Source of the DNA: Penicillus capitatus
Lineage: Eukaryota; Plantae; Chlorophyta
Direction of reading: 5' to 3'
DNA length: 64,000 nt
Assembly (NCBI GenBank): GCA_965649825.1
Contig: OZ287699.1
Location: forward strand, 1,332,477-1,396,476
Shown: positions 51,412 to 64,000 of the stretch, one piece after another
Layout of the letters: each line of letters opens with the position of its first letter
Numbering within the stretch: position 1 is the first letter of the stretch
Notes under the pieces: generated by a model
What the model saw: the letters and a program-made list of their open reading frames with translations, nothing else
Database searches by the model: none
Told to the model about the DNA's origin: nothing
Position numbers and translations under genes: made by a program

Positions 51412-52458
51412 ATGCATCCTCTGCTCGACGTCGAGATCGTATTGATTCGCGTGTTTGCAAAACTGGAGAGCGGACAAGACATTGCCGCAGCCATAAGCGT
51501 CTGTCGCCGATGGCGTCAGATTTTCAAGACGCACGAACAAACATCCCTCGCTCAACAATACCGTCGACGTCTGGTCTGGATTCAGAGCCGCAAACGCCAA
51601 GAAGCTCTCGATTACTGCACCATTCTCGACGATAACGCCGCGCGTCGTGCTTGCATGCACGGTAAACGCCATGGAATTTTTTTTGGTGATTTTTAGAGGT
51701 CAAGCACTTACCTGTCGCTGTGCTGATGTGGAGGTCGCGTGTAAAGTACTGTTACGGCAGTTCGTCCATTCCGATTGTGCATTGTCGTCTTCTTTCTTCC
51801 CGTTCTTTCGCGTTTCTGCAGCTTCAACTGCCCTTCCCTCTTTTGTCTAGACATCAACAAGGGATACCTTCTTTTAGAGAAGCATCCTTCGTGTTTGTTT
51901 GCCATTCATCTTCGCCGTTTTCCAAACGTAAGGTTGTGAGGTCGGTCGACATGTCTATGCGTCCCAAGCGACCGATCAAGTTCCGCAGTTTGTTTAAAGA
52001 GGAAGCCACGGAGAAAGACATTCAGGTACGAAGGTTGCTTTGTGAAGATGCGTTTTGGAGAAGGTGCGTGATGGCGGTGTCTAGATGGATTTGCGTAAAA
52101 TGCAAGGTGCCCTACAGAAGATCAAGTTGCCTCGGACAGACAAAACGCAAACGGCCCGTGTGATTCGCGACGCCGTCCTCAACTATGTTGCCGAGTATCT
52201 TGCCTTGATTTCTATGCCACTTCGCTCTAACCGATGCTGCTGCGCGTGGCTTCGTAGGAATGCACGACATGTTTGTTCGTTCGCGCCTACTCGGCTGATC
52301 GTTAACAGCACGAGCAGCTAATGTTACCGTCTGGTGCTCGAAATAAGAGCGATTTCATTGAGCTTGGAGTCGACGGTCGTGTCCTGCGTTTACTGAACCA
52401 TCGATTCCGCTGCTGTCTCTCAAGAGACATAGACAATGTACTAAGAGATAATGTGTAA
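51412..52458 (+). CDS. F-box-like protein
   Basis: N-terminal LDVEIVLIRVFAKLES..DI.AAISVCRRWRQI; downstream exons and end are tentative. Confidence 0.5.
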
Positions 52459-52631
52459 TGTCACATTCTCATTGGAAATCACAGATCTCGTAAGAGCCAC
52501 CCGGCGCATTTGGATTTGTAAGGCGCACATGCTTCGTGGTTGGCAACCCAGACGACATTGAAATCGATAGAAACACGCATCGCATCAACTTATACCTCCC
52601 CATTGGACAGGTCGGGAGAGAGATTATGTAG

Positions 52632-52655
52632 ACAAACAAACAAACAAACAAACAA
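52632..52655. repeat. (ACAA)6 microsatellite
   Basis: acaaacaaacaaacaaacaaacaa. Confidence 0.9.
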
Positions 52656-52933
52656 GCCGACAAACCAACCAATCACTCACTGACTCACTGACTGACGCAT
52701 TGACTGAGACATTAAACCGCTCTCATAGCTTTGTCATTCGTCCAATGAGTAAAGTTTGCAATGAATAGCTCAAAAGGAGCGTTTGCAGAGAGACCCAGTA
52801 AAGACCGTACCCGTAATGAAGTGAAATATGTGTATGCATGATGCGTAGAAGCAGATGTCTGGCGATAATGAAACAGAAAAGAAAAGAGAGTGCGTAGACA
52901 TGATCGTCGTCATCGTTGTCGTCGTCGTGGTCG

Positions 52934-54658
52934 TTACTCAAAGAATCGTCGAACGTCTTTAACTGGATCACTCTTGAGCTTGTCGGTAATCTGATCCAGT
53001 TGATCCCTGACATCGGGAGGGAGTCGGTGATGTTTTGTCTTCTGACATATGAGAGCGGTCACACATCGTGTTTTATAATTTCCAGACTGAAGCCATTTCT
53101 GCAACTGCATGACAATGATGGACGATGTTTGTTTCTCCTGTTGATCGGCTAGTAACTGAACGATCTGCTCGGCTGCCGTTAATCGGACGCATGCCACACT
53201 GTCTTCACACAAATGAAATGCGTGGGGTAGTATGTACTCGCAGATGAGGTCGGAAGGGATCGAGGATGCCACTTGACACAATTGTTGTGCCAAAGAGGCT
53301 CTCAGCCGCCACCCTTTCGTGAAAAATGTGACATAGTGATGCTTCTCTAAATGATTTCGAGGATGCTGCTGATGATGCTGATTTCGATGACAAGCCATCA
53401 TCTCGCTCTGGCACAGACGCTCCATGTGAAACAGACACAGTTCCTGAAGTTCAGCGCGCAGACTGGATAGCAGAGATGCGAAATTTTGAACGATCCCGTA
53501 ACGAACGGCCAGCGATCCTCCATGCACCATCCTGCACAACAACCGTCCATCAACAGACATGATCCTCAAGGACAGGCCATCCCACTTGGAAAAGAATGGA
53601 AAGACGTCTTGCTGAAAGACATCTGGCGGTAAGAGTGATGCCAGCTCATGTAAAGAGCATGCAATGGAGGTGAGGACTTCGTCATCAGTGCTCTGTGTTA
53701 AGGTCACGAAGAGATCTCTCAACTGGCCCCAGTAACAAGATCCGAGCTTGACAGCGACGGCTGTGAAGGTCTGCGCACAGCTGCCGATCATGAGCTTCGC
53801 TGGTTCGTCTGCAGATTTTTTAGCGCAGTTCACAAAGGTGAGAACCATGTCTGTTGTCACGAGAGAGGCATCCAGATGTGCCAGGATTTCTCCAAAGGAT
53901 CTTTGGGCTGCTAGTCTAACTAGAGCTGTCGTGTCAGAAGCGAGAATCGTATAGAATTCCACCACCAGTGACTGAGCTTCTTTGAAGTGTTCCACATCCG
54001 AAACCGCTTCCAGCAGTCCATTCAACGATTCTGCTGCTGCCTTACGGATACTGCAAACCTTATCTTTAACAAGAAATCTGAAATGGGGCAAAGCTGTTTT
54101 CAAAATTGTGTCGTTAAGCAATGCCTTAAGAAAAGCTGGATACAAAGAAGCCAATTCCTATTCACACACAGAACGGGTGAGCACCGTGGTTTGCAGATCA
54201 GAGAAGTCACACACTTGTCGCACTTCTGCATCATCGTCGCAGAGCAATTGAGAAAGCCAGTTGACAAGATGTGCCTCACCTCCCAGTGCAGTACCTCGTT
54301 CGATGAGACTCACTAGGAGCAGCAGTCCACAGACACGATCCATTCGATCGTCTGATCCCAAAAGGTCTGTGATGACAGGCACGATCTCGTTCTCCTGATC
54401 AAAGGGCGTTAGAAAATTGGCTAATTCATCAAAGGCCACCAAAGCCGCCTCTCTAACATAGTTCGATGGATCTGAGAGCAACGTGGCAGCACATTGGACA
54501 AAGTGTACAATTCCTTCTCTCCCAACGTTTCCCTTGTTGTATAATATCTCAGCTGTCACACTATTGACGTCATTCTCACTCTTTTTGGAGAGGGATATTA
54601 CCAATGGAGGGTAGGTGACTGACGACTGCTGTTCGAACCTCATCATCGTTGTCTTCAT
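52934..54658 (-). CDS. HEAT-repeat protein, PP2A-A/PP4R1-like scaffold
   Basis: Repeated L..D....VR motifs (LLSDPSNYVREAA, LVKDKVCSIRKAAA, LCEDSVACVRLTAA, LKSDPVKDVR). Confidence 0.75.
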
Positions 54659-55094
54659 GGAGTTTTTTGATCAAAGGAATCAATCGTTCGTGGATCAAAG
54701 CGGTATTCTGTTGAACTTCCTCAAGCAAAAGACTCTGCAGCACGATGTTTCAAAAGTGTCAGCAAACAGGAGATAACTTTGATTTGTGGTATGTGTTGCT
54801 TATTCCATGATTTTGACGGCGAAAGAAAGAAAACATCGGTTTGTTCGAGATTCTCTTCTACCTAGATGGCCAAGATGTCAACAAGACGTGAAAAATAGAC
54901 GAGCTGACGGATGGGCGGTCCACGAAGTTTAGCGGAAATGTTTCGAGCTCAACAACGTCCGTGACGAAACTCATTTTTGGAGTCGACAGAACGGCGTCCT
55001 GAAGTTCTGTTAAGGTCTGTCTGTTAGTGAACGATGATGTGACCCGTGTGGATAAGTCAACGAATGCGGCGATCAGCACGACGGTTACAGTGAT

Positions 55095-56550
55095 CTAGAT
55101 CAGAGGTTTCAATTGGGGATTTTGTTTGTGGGTTCGGATCTGAGGATCATCCAAGTACTGCTTCGCAATGGAGGCATCTTCATGAATCTGCGTCTTCAGG
55201 TCCTCGAGCGTCGTGAAGTCGCTCTCTGGACGAAGATAACCGATCACAAGCAACCGCAATTCAACACCATAGAAGTCCTAGATATTAGGTTGCTCGAACT
55301 GTCAACAGGATGGCGGTTAGAGAGAGGAGCACTTCTGGAAAGGTATGAAGGAGCCAAGCCTCTGCCGTTTTTCTTTCATTCTTGAAAAAGGGATTCCATC
55401 CAATGCTCATTACCATCTTGTAAACGGTCGCATCTTCACCCACACTTGCCCAACCTCATCAGCACACAACCCCGTACTTAACCGTATCTTCACAAGAGTG
55501 ATATTGTGTGACCTGCATAAATGCCGGTTATGGCATTTGATAATGCGTTTGAAAGAGATGCCTCGTCGATGTTTGCTGTACGAATACCAAGCTCCTAGAA
55601 TGGCAGAAGAGGATCTTAACCCTCGGTGCACAGTGAGACAGACAGGTGGACCTTGGCGCCACGGCCGAATCCACGTACAACGGTACCCTTCAAAAAAATG
55701 ATTGGATTCATATGGACGATGCCATGCAACATGTCTGCAAACGGCGGAAGCTGGTAAGAAGCTGGATCAAAGTCCATGAGAGATTTGAGCACTTTGATCC
55801 CCTCCCCTTCCACCACTTCATCGTCCTTTTCGTAACTCGATGGCACCAACACCACGCGCATTCCCGCTCGCTTTGCTGCCTACAGGAATGGATGGCACTG
55901 TTGCTGTGGACTCGATCGACAGAGGAAAGAACTTTAGCGCCGACGGGGGCATCTTCGAAGACCAGGCATTCGGAAGGCGAGATCTGCATTCTCTCGGCTG
56001 CCAACAGGAAGATCTCGGGATCTGGTTTTCCTTCCTTCACTTCATCTCCCCCTACCAGACTCTGAAAAAAATCCAGAATGAATTCATTGCCTCGCAGCTT
56101 CATGCGAATGTTCTCTCGATACGTCCCTGTCGCCAAGATCATTGGAATCCGATGGAAACGAAAGTATTCCAGCAGACGCACCACACCAGGTAACAACGGC
56201 GCTCCAGAAAACCTACATAATCATCAACGATGTGACGTCGTGGAGACAGGAGTAGGACTTTTGGTTCAGAATATCTTGAGAGTATTGCAGAAGGTTCTCC
56301 GGTGTTTCTGGAAGGTCAAGATTTTTCGCAAGGTACGTGTAGATTTCAATGGGTCGTCGCCCTTTTGCAAATGCCGCGATTCCAGGAGGCAATTCCTTCC
56401 CATAACGTTTTACGACATCACGCGCTGCCTCAACGCACGGTGTCTCTACGCTGCTTCCATCCACGACGCATTTTATGTCTCCATTCAGCCCTCACCTGTA
56501 TCTACGATCGTTCCATCCAAATCCCAAATCGCGACGCTTATGGACGTCAT
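55095..56550 (-). CDS. Bifunctional HAD-type FMN phosphatase / riboflavin kinase (FMN/FHy)
   Basis: WDLDGTIVDT, GKPDPEIFL, CLVFEDA, GTVVRGFGRG, MSIGWNPFF, YLRPESDF. Confidence 0.93.
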
Positions 56551-56658
56551 ACGGCGGACAGAACACACGAACACCGACTGTCGTGCTGGTTAATAAACGT
56601 CGTCCGAGTCTAATGGCCTTGGATGGCGACATCGACATGAAATGCTTCGCAATCTGCC

Positions 56659-57973
56659 ATGGCGTCGACACGTTTGCATCTCCATCTCGTTGGCTTCGCC
56701 CACGTTTGTTTGTTCGTGGCTAATGCGTTGCCGCTCTTTATCCCATGTCCGACGGAACCCATCATCATTTACACCGCTGTTCTGGCGGTGTATATTGGCT
56801 CCTGGCGTTCTGTTAAGACGGGTGCTCCCGAAGAGAGCATGACCAAAAAAGTGAGCGCCTGGAAGGGAACAGTGTTTATGATATCGTCCTGCAGGATGCT
56901 ATGCGTTTTCCCTTTATTGGAAGTCTTTCGTTGGTGAGCCTCTTCATCATGTTCAAATTTTTCCCAGTCGATGCTGTGAATTTTGTCCTGAGCTTCTACT
57001 TTCTGCTCATTGGCTGCGTCGCTACCACAGCCACCGTATTGCCCCTTGTTGAAGGATACTTTCCAGAAACGCTGCGACAGAAGAGATTTGGGCCTTACAA
57101 ACCTCGCCTCTCCGATAGCCTCATTAACATCGTCCCTTCGGAAAGGCTCAGAGCTGAAATCCGAAGCGCCCAGGTCCTCCGCCCGCCATCCATCCATCCG
57201 TTTCGCAGATTCCTGTCTAGGAAGACCTGGAGCTGGCAGCCACCGTTCCCGAACTCATCGTCGGCGGACTGTGCTCGATGGCGTGTATGGTGTATATGGC
57301 AAGTGGTCATTGGTTCTTCAATAATCTCTTGGGACTCTCTCTTGCCATCGAAGGCATTGAATTCCTCACAATCACTTCAACACAGACGGGCATCTTGTTG
57401 TTTATTGGACTCTTCTTCTATGACATCTTCTGGGTGTTCTTCACTCCGGTGATGGTGGCGGTGGCAACATCGTTCAATGCACCCATCAAGATCGTCTATC
57501 CACATCCAGCTGCTATTGCCAAGGCAACAGCCAGACCGTTTGCTCTGCTGGGACTGGGAGATATCGTCATTCCTGGACTCGTCATATCGCTCGTTCTGAG
57601 ATATGATATGGCACACCATGCCGGTCGGCCTGTTTTCTTCACGAGGTATTCGGTGTCTTTGCTTCGAGGATTTGAGGTGTGTTTTTCAGTGCGATGACGG
57701 GATATACAGTCGCCCTGATTACGACCATTGTGGTGATGAACGTCTTCCAGGCAGCCCAGCCTGCTCTGCTGTACATTGTTCCTTCTGTTCTGGGATTCGT
57801 GACGGTGCACTCCATGATCAATGGAGAATTGAGCAAGGTGCCCATTCGACCTGACCCGCATGCAGCATTTTGAGTGCCTGTCACATCAGGTCTTTCACTA
57901 TTGTGAGATGAAGGAGCACCAAAAGAAAAACGGAGAGGCCACGGCAGAATTGGACGAGAGAAAAGATGAATAA
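56659..57973 (+). CDS. SPP: Signal peptide peptidase (GxGD intramembrane protease)
   Basis: DAMRFP, LFFYDIFWVF, LGLGDIVIPG, QPALLYIVP. Confidence 0.95.
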
Positions 57974-58079
57974 CGTGTGATTTCGAAAGTTAGCGGACGG
58001 CAGCCAGAGCTTGTTGTTTAAGTCCGCACACGCAAGAACAAATAAGGAATCACCATCTGTCCCATGTCTATGAAACAGA

Positions 58080-58839
58080 TTATCTCGATCGTTTCGGAAC
58101 GTACATGTCCTTGTAGCAATCCTATAAGGACACTCTGTTGCAGAAGTGTGACGAGGCGCAAAGTACCACACCATGGCGGATTTGACAACGGCGATCGCTT
58201 CCTGTGCGCCATGGATCTCATCGACGCGAACGCTCTTGTTCTCATTCTTCTTGTAGTCTTCAAAAAATCTGTACACTTCTTCAATGTCACACAAATATCA
58301 CACATTTCTTCGCACCTCTTGATTTCAAGAAGTCTGTGCGGAGCCAGTTCACTGATGTCTTCGAACTGACGAAATTCGGGATCGTCTACATGAACGGCAA
58401 TAATCTGCGGAGCACAAAAAAAGAGTGAGATAGAGTGAGAGATTCAATTCTAAATGACCTTATCATCTTGCTCTCCTTGATCCAACATGTGCATGACACC
58501 GATGGGCTTGACTCTCAAGAAGCACATGGGAACGACAGCTTCTTGCATCAGGACCAAGATGTCCAGCGGGTCGGAGTCATCGCAGTAGGTCTATGAACAA
58601 CTTGACACGCGAGGGTGCTTTTTGCAAACGTCGACCTGCGGGATGAAGCCATAGTTGTGCGGATAGACGACGGAGGAGTATAGTACACGGTCAACTTTGA
58701 GCAGTCCGGATGCTTTGTCCAGTTCATACTTCACTTTTGAGCCACGGGGAATTTCGATGACGGCATAGAAAAGCTCAGGAGCCTTGTCTCCAATGGGAAG
58801 ATCGTGCCATGGGTGTGATGCTGGATGACGGTAAGACAT
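58080..58839 (-). CDS. Soluble inorganic pyrophosphatase (family I)
   Basis: [60 protein letters not shown]. Confidence 0.96.
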
Positions 58840-58932
58840 CAGAAAAGACGAGGGAGAAGCGCCTGTTCACCTCTGGATGGTGAAGTGACAGCCATCCCAT
58901 CAATAGGTGCACCGCGATGTGCGTCCTGCAAA

Positions 58933-60536
58933 ATGGCGAGTCGATTCTCCGGCGTTGTCAAGCTTTCGAACGTCAGCGATTTCATTTCTGCATCGCAGGA
59001 CTGTGTCGTTGCTTCCAAGAACAGTGATCATGCATCCCGAATGCCAGAGAAGACGACACAGGAGCGAGTGCAAATCTCGCTACAGGATTGCTTGGCCTGT
59101 AGCGGCTGTGTAACTTCTGCCGAAACAGCTCTCTTGGAGAACCAGTCGTCTGATGAGTTTCTCAGAAAGCTTGCCGATAGAGAGGTCACGGTCGCTGTCA
59201 CGATCTCCAGTCAAGCACGGGCAGCCCTCTCTGTTGCCTTCGGCCTGTCCCCTCTTCGAGTGGGCACTGCTTTTGCTTGTGAAACATAAAATGCTTCCTG
59301 CAGCTCATGCGATGCCTCATCGGGTTCCTTCGTTCATTGGGTGTGGATTTTGTCTTCGATTTGAATGTCGCCGAGGATCTCACTCTCATTGCTGCTGCCA
59401 CGGAATTCCTGGATCGCTATCGAGCTGCCAAGAAAACAGAGACTTTGCCTTTGAACCTTCTGGCCTCCTCCTGTCCAGGCAGGCATCGACTCCACCGAGA
59501 CACCTCTCCCCCTGAACGGCCGTGAATACGTAGGGTGGATTTGTTATGTGGAAAAGACACATGGAGAATGGTGTTTGCCGTATCTGGCAAGGACACGCAG
59601 TGCTCAGGCCACAATGGGCACACTGATCAAGTCACACTGGTGTGAGAAACAAAGGCTGATCCCCCATAGACTGTATCATTGCACCATCATGTCCTGCTTC
59701 GACAAGAAACTCGAAGCTGCACGGCCTCAATTCCTCGCATCCGATGGCGTTACACCAGAGGTCAGTTGTCGCAGTGCCGCACTAAATAGCGTGGCGCTTT
59801 GTTGTTCGATAGATCGATGCATGTCTCACATCGACCGAGGTGGTATCGCTCGTTGAGGCATGTCTTTCCGAGGGAAAGAATTTGGAAGACTATGGCAAGA
59901 GAGATGACATCTATTTGGATAGGTTGGATGGAGGTCGAGATCCGTGTCATGTGCTCTATGGCGTTCCAGGAAGGTCAGGCGGTTTGATGGAGTACATATT
60001 CAGAAAAGCTGCCAAAGAGCTCTTTCAGAAGGAATTACCTCCTGGGCCACTTCCCACAAAAATGCGACGAAACAGAAACTATCAAGTATTTGTTCATTAC
60101 TGTTTTTATGGTTAGAACGGTTAAGGTTGTAGGAGATCGTGCTGGAAGGCGATGATGGAAAAGAGCCTTTGCGTTTTGCATCGGTGTATGGGTTTCGCAA
60201 CATTCAGGCACTTGTACAGAAGATGAAGCGTCAACAGTGTTCTTACGATTACATCGAAGTCATGGCCTGTCCTTCTGGGTGTCTTAACGGTGGCGGCCAG
60301 CCCAAGCAACGCCTTTTGGATGCAGCAGAACTCCTGCAACTTGTAGAAGAAGCGCATCAGCAGGTCCGTAAATTCACGAGGCAGGCAGTACAGAGAGAAG
60401 ATGGCTATTGCTTTAGGACGTCCTCATGAGAGAACCCGAGGCGAATCCGTGTCTTAATGGTCTCCCGTGCTTGCGGCTCGATACAGATTACAGAAAGATC
60501 GAGAAATCTATGAACAGTATGGTGACAGACTGGTGA
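58933..60536 (+). CDS. NAR1: Cytosolic Fe-S assembly factor NAR1/NARFL
   Basis: [23 protein letters not shown]|[33 protein letters not shown], terminal DW. Confidence 0.93.
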
Positions 60537-61965
60537 ACAGCATCGGTTTTATGTAGAAATATGCACAGGTGTGTGCCTGCATTGTATGTATTCTGCGATA
60601 TAGATCGGCTTCTAGGGACTTTACCTTTGTCTAAGATCTCCCTTTGCAACATCTGCCTTTAACGAAGCGCAGACATACATGCCATGGTTAATCAAACAGG
60701 AGGGTTCTTAGCACTTTGCTCTGGTGCCCTTACCTGCGTGATCTCGCCATATCAAAGCCCCGAGTGCTGTCCATACGTGTGCCCGATGCATCAGAGCAAT
60801 GGATCGTGCGTTTCTTGTCTGCTAGGTAGCGTGATCGCAGATACACCCAAGCATGTATGTATGCATCCGGCTATGACACTTGTTTGTTAAAAAGGCTCTG
60901 AGTACTAATAATAAGTCTTGACCATCCATCCATCAAGGTGTTTTCATATTAATGCATTGTCACATAATAATCATCAGAGAGAAATGGTGTCTGAGAACGT
61001 CAAGAAGTTTTTACACGTTTCTGTCTGACGCTGTTGACAGCATTCTTCAATCAATAACACAGATTCACTCATATTACATCACAACATTCCTGCTTGCACT
61101 TAATGAATGAGCAACGCATTGCCCCGTTCACAAGAAGCATATCGATAGAATCTCTGATAGTCGTTTTGTGGCTGTCCATGAAACGTTTTCTCAAAAACAA
61201 TGCGTGGCGAATCAATTGAGGCATTTCAAAGCATACGAAGGATGGAGCTACTAGAACTCTGTTCGTCCACTAAGAGACTCAAACATGCACGACCCGCAAA
61301 GAGAACATAGGTAGAGAACAAACATGTTCTGCCATTGCTGTTGGCAGATGGAAAGGAAGGGAGCAGTGGAATTGATTGAGGACTGGGGTAATATCAGGAC
61401 ATCTCATTCAATTCATCCACTGCATAGTGTGTTTCCTCTCTCTGCTCTGCAGCATCTGACACTTGATTCACCCGAATCTCGGACAGTCATCTTTTGGAGG
61501 AGGATCTTCACAAACTCGAAAACGCGATGGCCAAATCAAAAACAGACACAGTACCTCAGTCAGCCCGCACCGAAGTAGTCATTCTACTCATGAATTGGAT
61601 TCAAATTCACCACGAGTCTGAATAATCACAGGCCATCGGTTGTTGTGCACGTCAAAAGGGTTATCGAAGGCTCGGGCATAGATTTCATTCGAACCGACTA
61701 AAAAATCGTGACTAAAGAGAGATTCATGACAAAAGACCCCCTCCGATCTGAGATGCGCTAAATAAAGAAAGCAGTGCATACCTGCTCGCCTCCAACAAAA
61801 TTCAAATCCTTTAGATAGTGTTTAACTGTATTACTCCTACTTGTTTCTTTTATGCAACAGCTTTGACCGGGGAGTCAAAACTGGAGTAAGTGCTTATAAA
61901 TTGCACGAGTAAGAAAAGACGGTCAGGCACTTCGAGCATCAGATCGGGGCCTCCACGGTCCCAAT

Positions 61966-63304
61966 TCATGCACGATCGTCGGCGTTTGGGGTGTCTTGGA
62001 ATAACAAAGACCCAGGTGTTGGTCCGCCGCGGTGAATGACGCCATCCGACAAACTAGAGAACAAGACTGAATCTCCCGTCGCCGCATCTGCATTGATCAT
62101 CTGAGCCAAGTGCATCAAGTCCTGACTCAAACTGGCAGATGTCGAGTGATGATGCATGCCTTGCTGAAAAGCCCCGGCAGAAAGACTTTGACGTGGACTG
62201 ATGTAGTCACTGAAACTGCGGGGCGTTTGTGAAAGCTGCTGAGCATGTAGTCCATGAAAATATGTCAAGAGTTGTTCAGAGCCGCCAATTGGCTCCGCCG
62301 CCATGCGAGTAAATGGATCAAATGGTGTATGTGTCGTCGTTGCTGACCATGGTGTCGTTGGGGTCAGTGATCCAAGCGGAGAGACATCGCCAAATGGCGT
62401 CGTAGGAGTTGCGGATGTTGTGTTCGTCAACGCACTTAGTGCCGCCTGCAGCTCTGCAAAGTTGTTTGCAGAGTAGCGATTTTCGTCTGGTTGACGCGGG
62501 GTCCCCATCGAGTTGGAAAAGGCAGCGAGCCGTTGACGAGGAGAAGGAACTGGGCCACCACCATTTTGCAAAGACGAGAGAGCTGCAAGGGCAGCTGGAT
62601 CTCCATAGCTTGATGTGTGGCTGAGTGTCGCGGACTGCGTTCTCGGTCGTGTTGGCCAAGGGGAGGCGGGTATTGGATATCCTCGATCGCAAGATTCCGA
62701 AGCCGATAGGACGCTCTCTAGTCTGTGCTTGTTTCGGGCAGTTGTGGCAGAATCGATGAAAGGGCCCTGTTTGGTGAACACGACAGGTGGGGCCGTGCGA
62801 ATCTCTTCAGGGCGATGCGCAAAGAAGCAGATCTTTCTGCTGCATCCAGGTCCTTGTTTGCAGTACTCTGTCTTGTACCTGCACCAAAAACACGTGTCGG
62901 CAGGAGGGACTCAAAAATGAATGGGCAACACCTGGCAGGATGCAGCCAATATTCAAAGTCGTTATGAGCGTATTTACACGAATCTCCACGTGGACAAGGA
63001 TTTCCCTAAACGGCGACGACATTAGAACGATGGAAGTTAGGTAGATGCGGACGGACTCCTTTGCTCTCTGGACAGGGAATCGGTTTGTATAGATGCGGTT
63101 GTCTCCGTCGCGCGCTTTCTCCTGAATGCGCGTAGGGGCAACTTGTCCAGTCGTGTGCGTACTTTGTCGGGCAGGTCGTTATCTACACATCATTCATGGC
63201 GGTAGTTGCAGCTCGGGTTTAAAATAGGGGAAGCGGACCTTGTATATGTACATATAAAAATTCTCTACGTCTGCTGCGCTTTTTTGCGAAGAGTTTTCCC
63301 GCAT
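61966..63304 (-). CDS. Second RR-TZF tandem CCCH zinc-finger protein
   Basis: FYMYIYK|ITTCP...[48 protein letters not shown]. Confidence 0.88.
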
Positions 63305-63600
63305 TTTGCCACGGAGAGATTCTTGCCAATAAAATGCCTTTCAACGCTGAGCACTCGTCAAGAGGACGTAAAGGGCAGAAAAATTAAGCCCGCAATACGC
63401 TAACAAGAGAGCCTGTTCGAAGGTAAAGCAAGATGAGGAGACAAAACAATAAATGGCGGGCGTGCGCAAGAAGCTGGTCGTCACCGCGAACTATGAAGTT
63501 CTGTTTAAATCATAACATTTTCGCCCACATGCGCTATGACGTCAGCCTTGCCTCACTGGCAGTTGTACTCCAACAATCGGTACGGTTGTTAATGGGCATT

Positions 63601-63690
63601 GGGGAGGAGACCTTGGACTCCTAGCATCCCAACAACAGGTTTGATGGTTGGCGATGGGGACTTTGGACTTCAGGCATACCAACAACAGGA
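63601..63690. repeat. Two-copy imperfect ~34-bp direct repeat
   Basis: ggagaccttggactcctagcatcccaacaacagg and gggactttggacttcaggcataccaacaacagg. Confidence 0.6.
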
Positions 63691-64000
63691 TCGGTCGTTC
63701 GCGTGGGAGGCATTTTGGACACAAGCATATGAGACCTTTAAATGAGAGATGTCAACAGATGATCAAGAAAATCATCAACACACAAGCTTATAGCAAATTA
63801 AACTTGCATTCGTCGCTTGTAATAAGGAAGCACAGTTCAGTCAGTGTTGTTTCCGTTGCAAAAAGGGGCAGCTAGTAGAGATTAAAGAGAACAATGATTC
63901 CTATCTCCTGCTTGAACGGTTAGTATGATAGTCACAGTGAAAACCACCCATGATCCACAACGTTGTTCGCAATGTTTCGTTTGACTTTCTCTGCATAGAT

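Noticed and set aside
58933-60536. [FeFe]-hydrogenase
   Set aside because: N-terminal CLACSGC/SAET and terminal W signature are those of NAR1/NARFL; no transit peptide
63601-63690. CRISPR-like array
   Set aside because: Only two imperfect units in a eukaryotic context with no cas genes

Overview
Eukaryotic nuclear DNA, most likely a green alga. The plant-type genes (AP2, RR-TZF, GBF bZIP, DCD, ABC1K9-like, DHFR-TS, FMN/FHy) and a flagellar gene (DNAAF4) point that way; the taxon is inference. The standard genetic code applies. Genes are split by very short (~45-60 nt) introns, mostly GT-AG, so I assembled the gene models by hand across the ORF track. Bases ~1-9,700 are a loose accessory block. 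It holds the 5' half of a Fanzor1-like (eukaryotic TnpB-derived) gene running off the left edge, three RING-less copine/vWA genes and decayed coding-like spacers. From ~9.9 kb onward the sequence is extremely compact, with about 27 genes, overlapping stop codons and an 8-nt gap between SF3B2 and a mitoribosomal gene. Best leads: (1) a 6-TM protein with a 7-charge S4 voltage-sensor helix fused to an intact class I cyclic-nucleotide phosphodiesterase; (2) the Fanzor-like ORF; (3) a TATA-preceded, T-run-terminated structured RNA candidate inside an anomalous 605-nt DNAAF4 intron. Family assignments rest on motif recognition from memory; no database searches were run.
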